A stretch of 64,000 nucleotides of DNA from Nitrospirota bacterium (GTDB lineage Bacteria > Nitrospirota > UBA9217). The notes beneath the pieces are model-generated. The model did not search any database. It was not told the DNA's origin and saw only the letters and a program-made list of their open reading frames with translations. A program made the position numbers and the translations under genes. The first letter of the stretch is position 1. The number at the start of each line of letters is the position of its first letter. Shown here piece after piece: positions 1 to 9,680 of this stretch. The stretch is from assembly GCA_963741205.1 (NCBI GenBank), contig CAVUHW010000020.1, positions 96,001 through 160,000 on the forward strand. Reading direction: 5' to 3'.

Positions 1-845
1 CCATGATCGTATCGCCGATCTTGGCGTCCGACACCCGCTTGATGCCGGCGATGATGCACCCCACATCGCCCTGCGACAGTTCCGACGTCGGCTGCATCTT
101 GGGAGTGAACACGCCCGACGGACTGCACTTCATAGACGGCGGAGTTCGAGTACAGCCTGATCTTCTGCTTCGGCCGCACGGTCCCGTCCACCACCCGTAC
201 GAGAATGACAACGCCCTGATAGGTGTCGTACCAGGAATCGAACAGGAGCGCCCGAAGCGGCGCATCGGCGTTTCCCGCGGGCGAAGGAATGTGTTTCACC
301 ACCGCTTCGAGGATCTCTTTCGTGCCGATGCCTTCCTTGGCGGAGGCAGGGATGGCCCCTGAAGCATCCAGCCCGACCACTTCCTCGATCTGCCTCTTCA
401 CCTCTTCGATGTTCGCGCTCGGCAGGTCGATCTTGTTGATCACCGGGATGATCTCGAGATTATGGTCGATCGCCAGGTAGGCGTTGGCCAGCGTCTGCGC
501 TTCCACCCCCTGCGAAGCGTCCACCACGAGGAGCGCGCCTTCGCAGGCTGCCATGCTGCGGGAGACCTCATAGGTAAAATCGACATGTCCAGGCGTATCG
601 ATCAGATTCAGGATATAATCCTGGCCGTCCGACGCCTTGTACCGGAGACGAACGGCGTGGGCCTTGATGGTAATGCCCCGCTCCCGCTCGAGGTCCATGT
701 CGTCCAGGACCTGGTCGGTGCCTGCTGCGGCCATTTCCCGGTCGGAAAGCGCTCCCGTGTATTCGAGAATCCTGTCGGCGAGTGTCGATTTGCCGTGATC
801 GATATGGGCAATAATGCAGAAGTTTCTGATATTCGCGCTTGCCAT
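1..845 (-). CDS. lepA: Elongation factor 4 (LepA), N-terminal part, runs off window
   Basis: Manual minus-strand translation from ATG 845 gives [25 protein letters not shown]...[13 protein letters not shown]...[17 protein letters not shown]...VINKIDLP. Absent from the ORF track because it is truncated by the window edge. Confidence 0.97.
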   Translation of the reverse strand, partial: MASANIRNFCIIAHIDHGKSTLADRILEYTGALSDREMAAAGTDQVLDDMDLERERGITIKAHAVRLRYKASDGQDYILNLIDTPGHVDFTYEVSRSMAACEGALLVVDASQGVEAQTLANAYLAIDHNLEIIPVINKIDLPSANIEEVKRQIEEVVGLDASGAIPASAKEGIGTKEILEAVVKHIPSPAGNADAPLRALLFDSWYDTYQGVVILVRVVDGTVRPKQKIRLYSNSAVYEVQSVGRVHSQDAADVGTVAGRCGVHHRRHQAGVGRQDRRYDH

Positions 846-854
846 ACTGTCCTG

Positions 855-1000
855 AGATACCACAATTCCAAATCACCAAATCACAGATAAATTCCCAATT
901 CAAAAAATCAGTGTCCAAAATGTTCTGGAATTTCGAATTCTGATGCCTGGAGCTTATTCGTTATTCTGTTGCTTGAATCTCCGGTGCTGATTTTCACTCC
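855..1000. repeat. Degenerate short-unit (about 7-mer, CCAAAT/ATTTGG-like) repeat tract
   Basis: aattccaaatcaccaaatcacagataaattcccaattcaaaaaatc followed by loosely complementary units; similar tract at 47588-47722. Confidence 0.5.
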
Positions 1001-1944
1001 TCTCATTCCGATATTCTGCAGCGCAGCCGCCGCTGCGCCTACCGTTCCTGCATCGTCTCCAAGACGGGATGGGACGATCTCCGTCCGCGCCGCAGGGACT
1101 TCGAAGGCCCGCTTCCTGATTTCATCGCGTGTGGCGTCAATAAACAGCGGCCAGGCATCCTTTACTCCGCCGCCGATCACGATCATTTCGGGATTAAAAA
1201 TATTGATCAGGTTCGCGATGCCGATGCCGAGCATGCGCCCCATGCCCTGCATGACCTCCACCGCGTCGGCCTCGCCTTTTCGCGCGGCTTCATAGATCTG
1301 CTCTGACGTAATCTCTTTGAGAGAAGTCGAGGCGTGCGCCCTGCGATTCCCGGTAGCTCTGCACGATGCCTCGCGCAGAAGCGTACATTTCCAGGCAGCC
1401 GGTGTTGCCGCACCCGCAACGCCTGCCGTCAGGGATGATCGTCATGTGGCCGATCTCTCCCGCCATCCCGTCAGCGCCCTGCCATATTTGATTATTCAGT
1501 ACAATCCCTCCGCCCACGCCGGTTCCGAGCGTCAATCAGGATCATGCTCCTGATGCCGTGCCCTGCGCCTCGCCACTGCTCTCCCAGCGCCGCGGCATTG
1601 GCGTCGTTTTCAATAGTGACCGGCAGGTTAAGCGCCTTCTCCAGCTCATCCTTGATCGGCAAGTTGTTCCAGTCCGGGAAATTGGGCGACTTCACCACGA
1701 TTCCGCGGTCTCCCTGAATGACGCCGGGGGCGCCGACTCCGACGGCCGTTACGGTCAATCCCTTCCTGCCTGCGAATTCCTGCTGACCTTTGATATTCTC
1801 GATAAGCCGCGCGACCACTTTTTTCCAACCGTCGGCCGCGTGTGTGGGTTCTTTGTGCTTGTTCAGGATGTCGCCATCGGGACTCAAAAGAGCCGTCCTC
1901 AAGTTTGTCCCGCCGAGGTCCACCCCGATAACAACACAACCCAC
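908..1944 (-). CDS. ROK-family glucokinase/sugar kinase (2 frameshifts)
   Basis: IGVDLGGT, ENDANAAALGE, TLGTGVGGG, GEIGH and CGCGNTGCLE motifs across three ORF pieces; AGGAGG SD before GTG 1944. Confidence 0.92.
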
Positions 1945-2103
1945 GCCTGGCCTCCTAACTACCGAAAATATATAGATTATACGAAAGATGAATATACTAT
2001 CATACTGATGATGAAATGTAAATATTTTTATTAACAATCAAGGTGTCCATTATTGTCTTGCTAGGCGGGGCGACCCCGTAGTGGCTGGTCAAAAAGCACG
2101 GGA

Positions 2104-2168
2104 ACACCCTGCATTCGCGCAAGCACACCCTGCATTCGCGCAAGCACTCATAACCGCTGGGTGCAGGC
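2104..2168 (+). repeat. Dispersed hairpin repeat, family B, copy 1 (first 21 bp tandemly duplicated)
   Basis: (ACACCCTGCATTCGCGCAAGC)x2 ACTCATAACCGCTGGGTGCAGGC; matches copies at 25260-25307 (inverted) and 26047-26091. Confidence 0.8.
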
Positions 2169-2261
2169 ATGGTTCTAGTGTGGTTTGTGAGTGGTGGGGG
2201 GGGGGCGGGGGGGGGGGGGGGGAGGTTGGGGGGTGGGGGAGATTCGTTCTCGCTCCAAATT

Positions 2262-2290
2262 TTGCTTTTTGTCATGCCGGGATGTATAAT
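2262..2290 (+). promoter_or_regulatory. sigma70 promoter of PBP1A gene, probably leaderless
   Basis: TTGCTT-17 bp-TATAAT, with ATG 7 nt later at 2298 and no SD. Confidence 0.65.
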
Positions 2291-2297
2291 GGACCCC

Positions 2298-4298
2298 ATG
2301 CAAAAAAAAGGCGTGCCCATCCTGTTCTCCCTTTTCCTTATAGTGACGGCGGTGCTCATCGGCGGGGCAGCGGGGTACCTTATATTTTCAGTCGTGGACC
2401 TGCCGCAGGTGCGCAGCCTTGAAGAATATCAGCCGAGCATCATCTCACGCGTCTATTCCGACAATAACAAGCTCCTTGCAGAGTTTTTTCTCGAGAACCG
2501 GACGCCGGTCTCGCTCGAGGACGTTCCCGAAAACCTCGTCAAGGCGCTCATCGCAACGGAGGATGCGAGATTTTACAGCCACGCGGGGATCGATTACCGC
2601 GGGATGTCGCGGGCGCTGTACCGGAACCTCCGCGCGGGGAAAGTTCTCGAAGGCGGCAGCACGCTGACTCAGCAGCTCGCCAAGGTGCTCTTCCTCACTC
2701 CGGAGCGGAGCTATACGCGGAAGCTGAAGGAAATCGTCGTCGCTCTCAGGATCGAACAGCGCTACACGAAGCGAGAAATTCTTTCATTCTACCTCAATCA
2801 GGTCTATTTCGGCAGCGGCGCCTACGGCGTGGAGGCGGCTTCACGGATCTACTTCGGGAAATCGGCCAAGGACCTGAACGTCGCCGAATGCGCGCTACTC
2901 GCCGGGTTGCCCCGCTCACCCAAATACTACTCCCCTTTCAAGTCTCCCCAAAATGCCCGCAACCGGCGCGCCTATGTGCTGAACCGCATGGTCTCTGCGG
3001 GCATTCTTACCACCCTGCAGGCGGAAGATGCGAAGAAAACCCCGCTGCCGGTCCAGACCGCGATCAAGGCCGTCGGCCAGGCCCCCTATTTCGTCGAATA
3101 TGTCCGGCAACAGGTGGAGGAGCGTTTCGGATCGAGCATCCTCTACTCAGGCGGACTGAACATCTATACGAGCATCAACAACGAACTTCAGGGGTATGCC
3201 GAGGAGGCGGTTTCCGCAGGCCTTGCCAGGACCGAGGCGCGTCTCGGCACGAAAAGAAGGTCCCAGTTGCAGGCGGCCCTCATCGCCATGGAACCGACTA
3301 CCGGACGCATTCGCGCGATGGTGGGCGGCCGGGATTTCGCCAAAAGCCAGTTCAACCGGGCCTGGCAGGCGTTCCGGCAGCCCGGCTCCGCCTTCAAGCC
3401 TATCATCTACGCCGCCGCCATCGAGCACGGCTTCGGCGCATCGGATCTCCTGGATGATTCACCGTTGACGATCAAAATGGACCGGAATAAAAATTGGGAG
3501 CCTGAAAATTTCACGCGCACCTACCAGGGTTCCGTCACCCTTCGGAGGGCGCTTGGCCAGTCTCTTAATGTGCCGACGATCAGACTCCTGGAAAAAGTCG
3601 GAATCGATGAGACCATCCGGTACGCCAGAAAACTCGGCATACGAAGCCCGCTTGCCCCTTATCTTTCCCTGGCGCTCGGCAGCTCCGACGTAACGCTCGC
3701 CGAGCTCACCTCGGCCTATGCCGTTTTCGCCAACCATGGGACTAAAATCGGACCCGTCTCGATCCTCATGATCACCGATCGCAACGGCCGGGTCCTCTAC
3801 ACGAACGATGCCATGCCTGAACAGGCCATGAATCCGGAGACCGCGTATTTGACCACCTACCTCCTCAAGGGCGTAATCGAGAACGGCACAGGATGGAAAG
3901 CGCGAGAACTCGGCAGGCCCGCAGCGGGCAAAACGGGCACCACAAACGATTTCCGAGACGCCTGGTTCATTGGATATACTCCGAGTCTCGTTGCGGGCGT
4001 CTGGGTCGGCCGCGACAACCAGGAGAGCATCGGACCGAAGGAAACAGGCGCGCGGGCGGCGCTCCCAGTCTGGCTCGAGTTCATGAAAAAGGCGCATGCC
4101 GAACTGCCGTCCGAAGACTTCGCGGTTCCCAACGACATCGTCTTTAAACAGATCGATCCCAGGACCGGCCTGCTCAGTACGGACCAGTGCAGATCATCCA
4201 TCCGCGAGGCCTATCTGCCAGGAACGGAACCGCATCGATACTGCGACGAGGCCGCTGCCGGCTCCGAAGAGACTCAGATCCAGGACGAGGCGATATAA
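2298..4298 (+). CDS. mrcA: Penicillin-binding protein 1A (transglycosylase/transpeptidase)
   Basis: EDARFYSH, GGSTLTQQL, RKLKE transglycosylase motifs; SAFK, SLN and KTG transpeptidase motifs; N-terminal TM helix. The ORF-track extension to 2169 runs through a poly-G tract. Confidence 0.95.
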   Translation: MQKKGVPILFSLFLIVTAVLIGGAAGYLIFSVVDLPQVRSLEEYQPSIISRVYSDNNKLLAEFFLENRTPVSLEDVPENLVKALIATEDARFYSHAGIDYRGMSRALYRNLRAGKVLEGGSTLTQQLAKVLFLTPERSYTRKLKEIVVALRIEQRYTKREILSFYLNQVYFGSGAYGVEAASRIYFGKSAKDLNVAECALLAGLPRSPKYYSPFKSPQNARNRRAYVLNRMVSAGILTTLQAEDAKKTPLPVQTAIKAVGQAPYFVEYVRQQVEERFGSSILYSGGLNIYTSINNELQGYAEEAVSAGLARTEARLGTKRRSQLQAALIAMEPTTGRIRAMVGGRDFAKSQFNRAWQAFRQPGSAFKPIIYAAAIEHGFGASDLLDDSPLTIKMDRNKNWEPENFTRTYQGSVTLRRALGQSLNVPTIRLLEKVGIDETIRYARKLGIRSPLAPYLSLALGSSDVTLAELTSAYAVFANHGTKIGPVSILMITDRNGRVLYTNDAMPEQAMNPETAYLTTYLLKGVIENGTGWKARELGRPAAGKTGTTNDFRDAWFIGYTPSLVAGVWVGRDNQESIGPKETGARAALPVWLEFMKKAHAELPSEDFAVPNDIVFKQIDPRTGLLSTDQCRSSIREAYLPGTEPHRYCDEAAAGSEETQIQDEAI

Positions 4299-4311
4299 AC
4301 CCGTAAAATTA

Positions 4312-4340
4312 TTGACAAGGCCACTCATGTTTGTTACTCT
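4312..4340 (+). promoter_or_regulatory. sigma70 promoter of GGDEF operon, leaderless
   Basis: TTGACA-17 bp-(TGn)TACTCT, with GTG start 6 nt later at 4347. Confidence 0.65.
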
Positions 4341-4346
4341 TTAGCG

Positions 4347-5751
4347 GTGAGTCTTCGTTTATCAAAAAGATATCATCCATTCACTTCCCGTGTCCTGGAG
4401 TGGCTCGTTCCTGCCTCGCTTTTTGCGCGCATGGATATCGCGAGCAAAATGCTTCTCGGGTACATGACGCTCGTCGCGCTCACCGTCATCGTGGTCGCAT
4501 ATGCCCTCTTCAGCCTGCAGCGCATCAACAGCCTGAACCAGAGCATCGTCAAGGTCGATGTCATCGTTGAAGAAGCTTCGGACAAGATGCTCGATGCCCT
4601 GCTCGCCCAGGACACCTATGAAAAGCGGTTCTTGATCCTCAAGAGCCGCGACATGCAGGACCTCTTTTTGCAGCGGGGGCGGGAATTCCGGACCTGGCTC
4701 GACGAGATCAAGAAACTGCCCGACGGGACAGACCTGCCCGTGGGCTCGATCGAATCGCTGTACGCCAGGTATACGGACCTCTTTTCCCGGGAGATCAAGC
4801 TCGTCCGGTCGAAAGACATGGAAAAGGCATCTGCCGTCTCGAATCATGAGATCAAAACAGTTCTGGACAAACTCCTCGACACGCTCAGGAAGCTGTCTGC
4901 GCGAGCCAGGCAAGAACAGGACTTAAAGATGAGCCGGATCAGCTCCATCGGGGGCACGGCATTCTTACACAACGGCGCTTCTTTGCCTCTTCAGCGTCAT
5001 AGCGGGGGCACTTGCCGTCCTGGTGGTGACGCACCACATTTCTTCGTCTCTCAACAAGCTCAAGGAGGCGACCGAGCATATCGCCAGCGGCAACTTCGAC
5101 TACGATCCGCAGATCAAGACCGAGGACGAGATCGGAAGCCTCTCGGAGTCCTTCCTGGACATGGGGAAACGGCTGCGAAAACTGGAAGAGATGTATCTCG
5201 ACGCCAGTCCCCTGACCCGGTTGCCGGGGGGGATCGCCATCGAAAACGTGCTCAAAAAAAGGCTTGAGTCCGGACAGCCGATCGCCTTTTGCGTCCTCGA
5301 CCTCGATAATTTCAAAGCCTTCAACGACCGGTATGGCTATGCGAACGGCAGCGAGGTGCTCAAGGAATCGGCGCGGATCATCGAGAGCGCCGTCAAGACC
5401 AAGGGCACAGCCGATGACTTTATCGGCCACGTGGGCGGCGACGACTTCGTCGTCATTACCACACCCGACCATATGCGTGAAGTCGCCGCCGAAATCATCA
5501 ATCAGTTCGACGCCCGGATCCCGGCCTTTTATGAACCCGAAGACCAGAAACGAGGATACATCATGGGCAAAACCCGGCAGGGCGTCGAGATGCAGTTTCC
5601 GCTCATGACCATTTCCATAGCAATCGTTACGAACGGCCTCCGCAAACTTACCGACCCTCTGGAAGCGTCGGAAATCGCGGCAGAACTCAAGGAATACGCC
5701 AAAACAATCCCCCGGAGCATCTTTGTCGTGGACAAGAGGAGAAACGCGTGA
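4347..5751 (+). CDS. Membrane sensor-HAMP-GGDEF cyclic dinucleotide synthase (frameshift near 4965)
   Basis: TM, periplasmic helical domain, TM, HAMP (DEIGSLSESF), then PLTRLPG, DLDNFKAFNDRYG and GGDDF. Confidence 0.9.
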
Positions 5752-6198
5752 GGAGTTTCCTCGCACTGATCTTGCTGGCAGCGATCACGGCATGCGTGCC
5801 GTCTCCCCCGCCTACCAGCTGTGGCCATCGGGGCCGGAACTGGCCTACCAAAACGCCCGCGCTTCCGCAAAAGAAAAAAAATACGCCAAGGCCATCGCGG
5901 CGTACCGCAAGATCACGGCCGACTCGCCCCAATCGCCCTTAGCCGCGGATTCTCTTTTGAAGTCGCCTATCTCCAGGCCTTTTATGACAACCCTCAAAAA
6001 GACTATGAGCTGGCTTTAGCCGGATTCGATGAATTTCTAAAGCGGTTTCCGCACCACGAAAAAGCGCCGGAAGCGAAAAACTGGCGTGTGATCCTGAAGA
6101 CGATCCTGGATATGAAGAAAGAGAATGAACGATTACACGAGAGCATCGAGGAGTTGAATAAGCTCGACATCAGGCATGAGGAGAGGAGAAGCAAGTAG
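5748..6198 (+). CDS. TPR/BamD-like lipoprotein (frameshifted)
   Basis: Lipobox-like LAAITAC; TPR-like segments AIAAYRKI...SP and ALAGFDEFLKRFPHHEKAPEA; start overlaps the GGDEF stop (GTGA). Confidence 0.65.
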
Positions 6199-6206
6199 GC
6201 ATGTGA

Positions 6207-7058
6207 TTATTGGAAGATCGTAAGCTCGCTTGTGCTTTTGATCTCTCCCTGCAGATCGAGATAATATGTACCGCCGGCAGGATCATGCGGTAATTCTCTG
6301 ATGATGTCATTCGCAACCAGTTCGTAAAGTGACGAGGGTTTCCTATGGAACTTTTTTTCATACACAGATATCGCTTCATTGAGTAAAACGACATTTTCCA
6401 TAGATTTAATTCTCTGTCTCGTATTGGTTCCTTAAGATTCTCGTCTTTTGTGTCTTTCACTATCTCTTCCAAAAAAAGAATTGCGGTCCCCGTTTTTTTC
6501 TCTTTAAATGCAAATCTCGATGCAAGGCTGCCGATGGTTGGGCTTGCTCCAGGCCTTTGTACAGCATCCATGAGAGATCTTGCCGTCATTGTCATTATCA
6601 TGTAAAAAAAAGAAATAATTGAACCCGATGAAAAAGGGCGGAACCCAATCCCAATTGCGGAAACGCATTCCCTTCTCCAGAAGACTATTGGCCTCACTTG
6701 CCATACCCGCGTACCAAGTAAGGAATGCATTCCCGAAATAATAAGGGTCAAAAAAATAGGGGTCCAGATCAGTAACCGCCTGCAGTAGGGCGGCGAACCC
6801 CTCCCATTCCCATTTCTTAAGCTTGAGATGAGCATCTTTTTCAATATTTTTACCGATAAAGACAAGCGCCCTGAGCAGCATGAAATCCGAAACAACGCCG
6901 GAGTATTCCAGGCACGATATCTTTAAAAAGGGCGAAGGCAGTGATGATAGCACTCTTCTCCCCTTGGAAGGGATCGCTCTCCTGCCGCTTTTCCGAGTGT
7001 CATAATATGAGCAAGGAGCAGCGGTCGACAGAAATATGACGAATAGTATTCGCTGCAT
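6207..7058 (-). CDS. Pilus-island accessory protein of the type found downstream of deltaproteobacterial pilA (frameshifted)
   Basis: LDPYFFDPYY...W, GFNYFFFL and LPHDPAGGTYY segments; last gene of the pilA-ABC cluster. Confidence 0.65.
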
Positions 7059-7866
7059 CAAGGAAATTCCTTTTCCTGAAGATCAATGCGGCAAGGCTCA
7101 CAGCCAGGCAGATATAGACTACACCGTACGCAACGGTCCAGAAAATGAAGGATGACGAGACAGGAAGTCCATGTGCCGCTTGAATCTTAATATCAAACAG
7201 CGAGAGGTTGGGAAAACAGATAGTACGCCATTTTCACGGCTTTGATGGTAACAGGGGAAACTTTATGCCGACTGCGGTGGGATTTTCAACGAGGGCTTTC
7301 ACTTCAGTGAGAGAATGGCCGATGATGTAGGAAATGACCGTCAGAACGAGCGTAATGAAGGACGTGGAGGCAAATGCGAGAACAGAAAGCTGAGGGAAGC
7401 AAGAAGCAGAAGCGCCAGGAAAATGAGAACCAGCGCCAAAAGCATCAAGGAGAATGAGAATTGAGGGAAATAAGCGGGGTATATGTTCTTGAGCAAAAAA
7501 ACAGAGAGATGGCAGCAAGCTTAAAAAAAGAACAGCCGCAAGAATAAGCAGTGCCATCCCGATAAATTTACCTACGATGTACTGTGACCGGGAGATAGGC
7601 CGTGACAAAACCATGTAGATCGTCCTCTTATCCAAGTCCTTGGCTATCAGGTTGATTCCTACAAAGAGGACGAGAAGGAGGCCGGTAAACGATACCGTCG
7701 AAAGGGCGATGTCTACCGCCACTTTCCCGATATCTCGGGGGATCATGCTGGAAATAAAGAAGTTCACACCCAGAAGCAGAACTGCGAAAATAGATATTCC
7801 GTAGAACGCCCTGTTTCTGATGCCTTCCTTAAAGGTTATTGCTGCGACGGGCCAGAGTACCGTCAT
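7058..7866 (-). CDS. ABC-2 type permease of the pilin island (frameshifted)
   Basis: TFKEGIRNR and KDLDKRTIYMVLSRPISRSQYIVGKFIG; multiple TM segments. Confidence 0.85.
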
Positions 7867-8611
7867 GCCCCGATTCCTCCTCCTGCTGATTTTACTTCCC
7901 TCACAAAGAATCCTCCAGTGTTGCTCCTCCGGACATAAGATTACCGAGCGTATCGACAAGCCTGAGTCTGCCGCTTACGATAATACCCGCCCTGTCACAG
8001 AACCGCTCGATGTCCGTAAGGATGTGAGAGGAAAAAAAAACCGTTTTCCCCTGGGATTTTAGATCAAGGATCAAGTCGCCTACCATTTTTCTTCCGATTG
8101 GGTCGAGGCCGCTCATGGGCTCATCCAGGATAACTACATCCGGATCATGAATCAATGCGAGGGCTAAGCCCGCCCGTTGCATCATACCTTTCGAATATGT
8201 CCTCAGTTGTCTTTTTTTTGCGTCTAAGAGGTCCATTTTATCGAGGAGTTCTTCAGACTTTTTTTCGATAACTTTTTTCTCTAAACCTGAGGACCGTCCC
8301 CCGAACCAGAGGAGCTCCTCTACCGTGAGATAGTCATAAAAATATGGATTTTCGGGGAGATATCCTACATACCGTCTCGCTTCGGTTTCCTTGACATCCA
8401 TACCCCGGATAGCAGCGCTCCCTTTTTCCGGATAGATAAGATTCATGAGAATTTTGATGGTCGTAGACTTACCGGCGCCATTCGGACCAAGGAAACCGAA
8501 AATCTCTCCCTTCGGGACCATGAGCGTGAGATTGTCCAATGCTCTTACTCGCTTCGCGCGAATCCCCACTTTAAATTCTTTTGTCAGTCTGTCAAGTGTA
8601 ATCATAGTCAT
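7863..8611 (-). CDS. ABC transporter ATP-binding protein of the pilin island
   Basis: GPNGAGKS, YSKGMMQR, ILDEP; a C-terminal frameshift probably extends it to 7863. Confidence 0.92.
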
Positions 8612-8718
8612 TTCTTTAATACATTCCCGACTCTGTTGTCAATAAATTTATTCGATCAAAGCACCGGAATCATGGCCCCCTGCCCATTCCTTATTTTTTT
8701 GTAAAAGCAATAAAATCA

Positions 8719-8745
8719 AAAAAAGGCCGGGTTGCCCCGGCCTTC
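8719..8745 (-). terminator. Intrinsic terminator after pilA
   Basis: Minus strand AAGGCCGGG-GCAA-CCCGGCCTT followed by a T-run. Confidence 0.8.
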
Positions 8746-8775
8746 AAAAAAAACTTATTTTAGCCATTACACCTA

Positions 8776-9381
8776 TTACATTGCCGCATAGTTACCGGTA
8801 CAAACTCCACCGCCTGCCTGACCGACTAAATCATCATTAGTTGCCGTGATAGCGGAAACAACAGATGCGACCGTAAGCAAAGTAGCGGCCGAAGACGTTG
8901 CTCTGTACATACCGGTGCTGTTCGAGTCTCTCGCATAGCACGTATCACCGCTCAGGTGCTTTGCAATAATGAGGTAATCAGGGGTTAAACCGCCTGTGGC
9001 ATCGCTTGCCGCTGTAAATATGCTCACGTTATTGCTGACAGACATTCCGACTGTCCCCTTAGCATTTCTTATCTGCGCTCCTGTCACAGATGCTGTGGCT
9101 CCATTAAGTGGTCCTGTTAGCAGCGTACCCGGTGAACAGCAGTTTGCCGCAGCTAATACAGCTGAGGCAGTGCTTCCATAGTTTTGAGTATCCGCATAGA
9201 GGGCCTCTTCCGATGTCGCAGTATTCCTCGAATCTGAGTTTGCTGACGCATTATAAGCCTTAATACGGTACGCGGAGAACTGCGGGATGGCGATGGCCGC
9301 CAGAATGGCGATGATGGCCACGACGATCAGGAGTTCGATAAGGGTAAAACCTTTATTATTCTTTTTCGCTGACTTTTTCAT
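8776..9381 (-). CDS. pilA: Type IVa major pilin (long form, about 190 aa mature)
   Basis: G|FTLIELLIVVAIIAILAAIAIPQFSAYR prepilin cleavage/methylation motif; AGGAGG SD. Confidence 0.95.
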   Translation of the reverse strand: MKKSAKKNNKGFTLIELLIVVAIIAILAAIAIPQFSAYRIKAYNASANSDSRNTATSEEALYADTQNYGSTASAVLAAANCCSPGTLLTGPLNGATASVTGAQIRNAKGTVGMSVSNNVSIFTAASDATGGLTPDYLIIAKHLSGDTCYARDSNSTGMYRATSSAATLLTVASVVSAITATNDDLVGQAGGGVCTGNYAAM

Positions 9382-9520
9382 GTTTCCTCCTAATAAATGG
9401 AGTAAGTTCAATTTTGTTCTTGTTGTTCGTTTCATCGTTTTGCTCAAAGCCTCTTGCGAATGTCCACCTCCTTTCGCTCAAAGGACCTCAAGCAATTATG
9501 ATCAAATTTCGTCTGTTTAT

Positions 9521-9536
9521 TGCAGATTGCATGCCA
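9521..9536 (-). promoter_or_regulatory. sigma54 promoter of pilA
   Basis: Minus strand TGGCATGCAATCTGCA with correct -24 GG / -12 GC spacing. Confidence 0.8.
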
Positions 9537-9598
9537 TATAACATGACTATTTATTCAATATGTTATATTTATATGAGGCATTATAAATAGACTATAAA

Positions 9599-9625
9599 TG
9601 TCATACTCGGTGACAAAATATGTCA
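9599..9625. promoter_or_regulatory. Putative enhancer-binding protein (PilR-type) sites
   Basis: TGTCA-N7-TGACA-N5-TGTCA, about 65-90 bp upstream of the sigma54 site, beyond an AT-rich spacer. Confidence 0.55.
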
Positions 9626-9637
9626 GATATTGTGGTC

Positions 9638-9666
9638 TTGACAATAGTGTACTCGGATGGTAGCAT
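9638..9666 (+). promoter_or_regulatory. sigma70 promoter of the deaminase-mqnE-mqnC operon
   Basis: TTGACA-17 bp-(TGn)TAGCAT; ATG at 9681. Confidence 0.65.
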
Positions 9667-9680
9667 CAGGGCGCCCTCTC

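Noticed and set aside
2104-2145. 21-bp tandem repeat as a CRISPR array
   Set aside because: Only two adjacent copies with no spacer and no cas genes; it is part of the family B repeat.
2190-2240. Poly-G tract as a G-quadruplex, phase-variation site or Gly-rich PBP1A N-terminus
   Set aside because: It lies upstream of the promoter and real start. It looks like a mis-called copy of the family C hairpin element in a low-quality stretch.
8776-9381. Electrically conductive e-pilin
   Set aside because: The N-terminal aromatics are conserved, but aromatic content is only about 6% and a 53-residue aromatic-free gap follows Y57, so it fails the usual heuristic.
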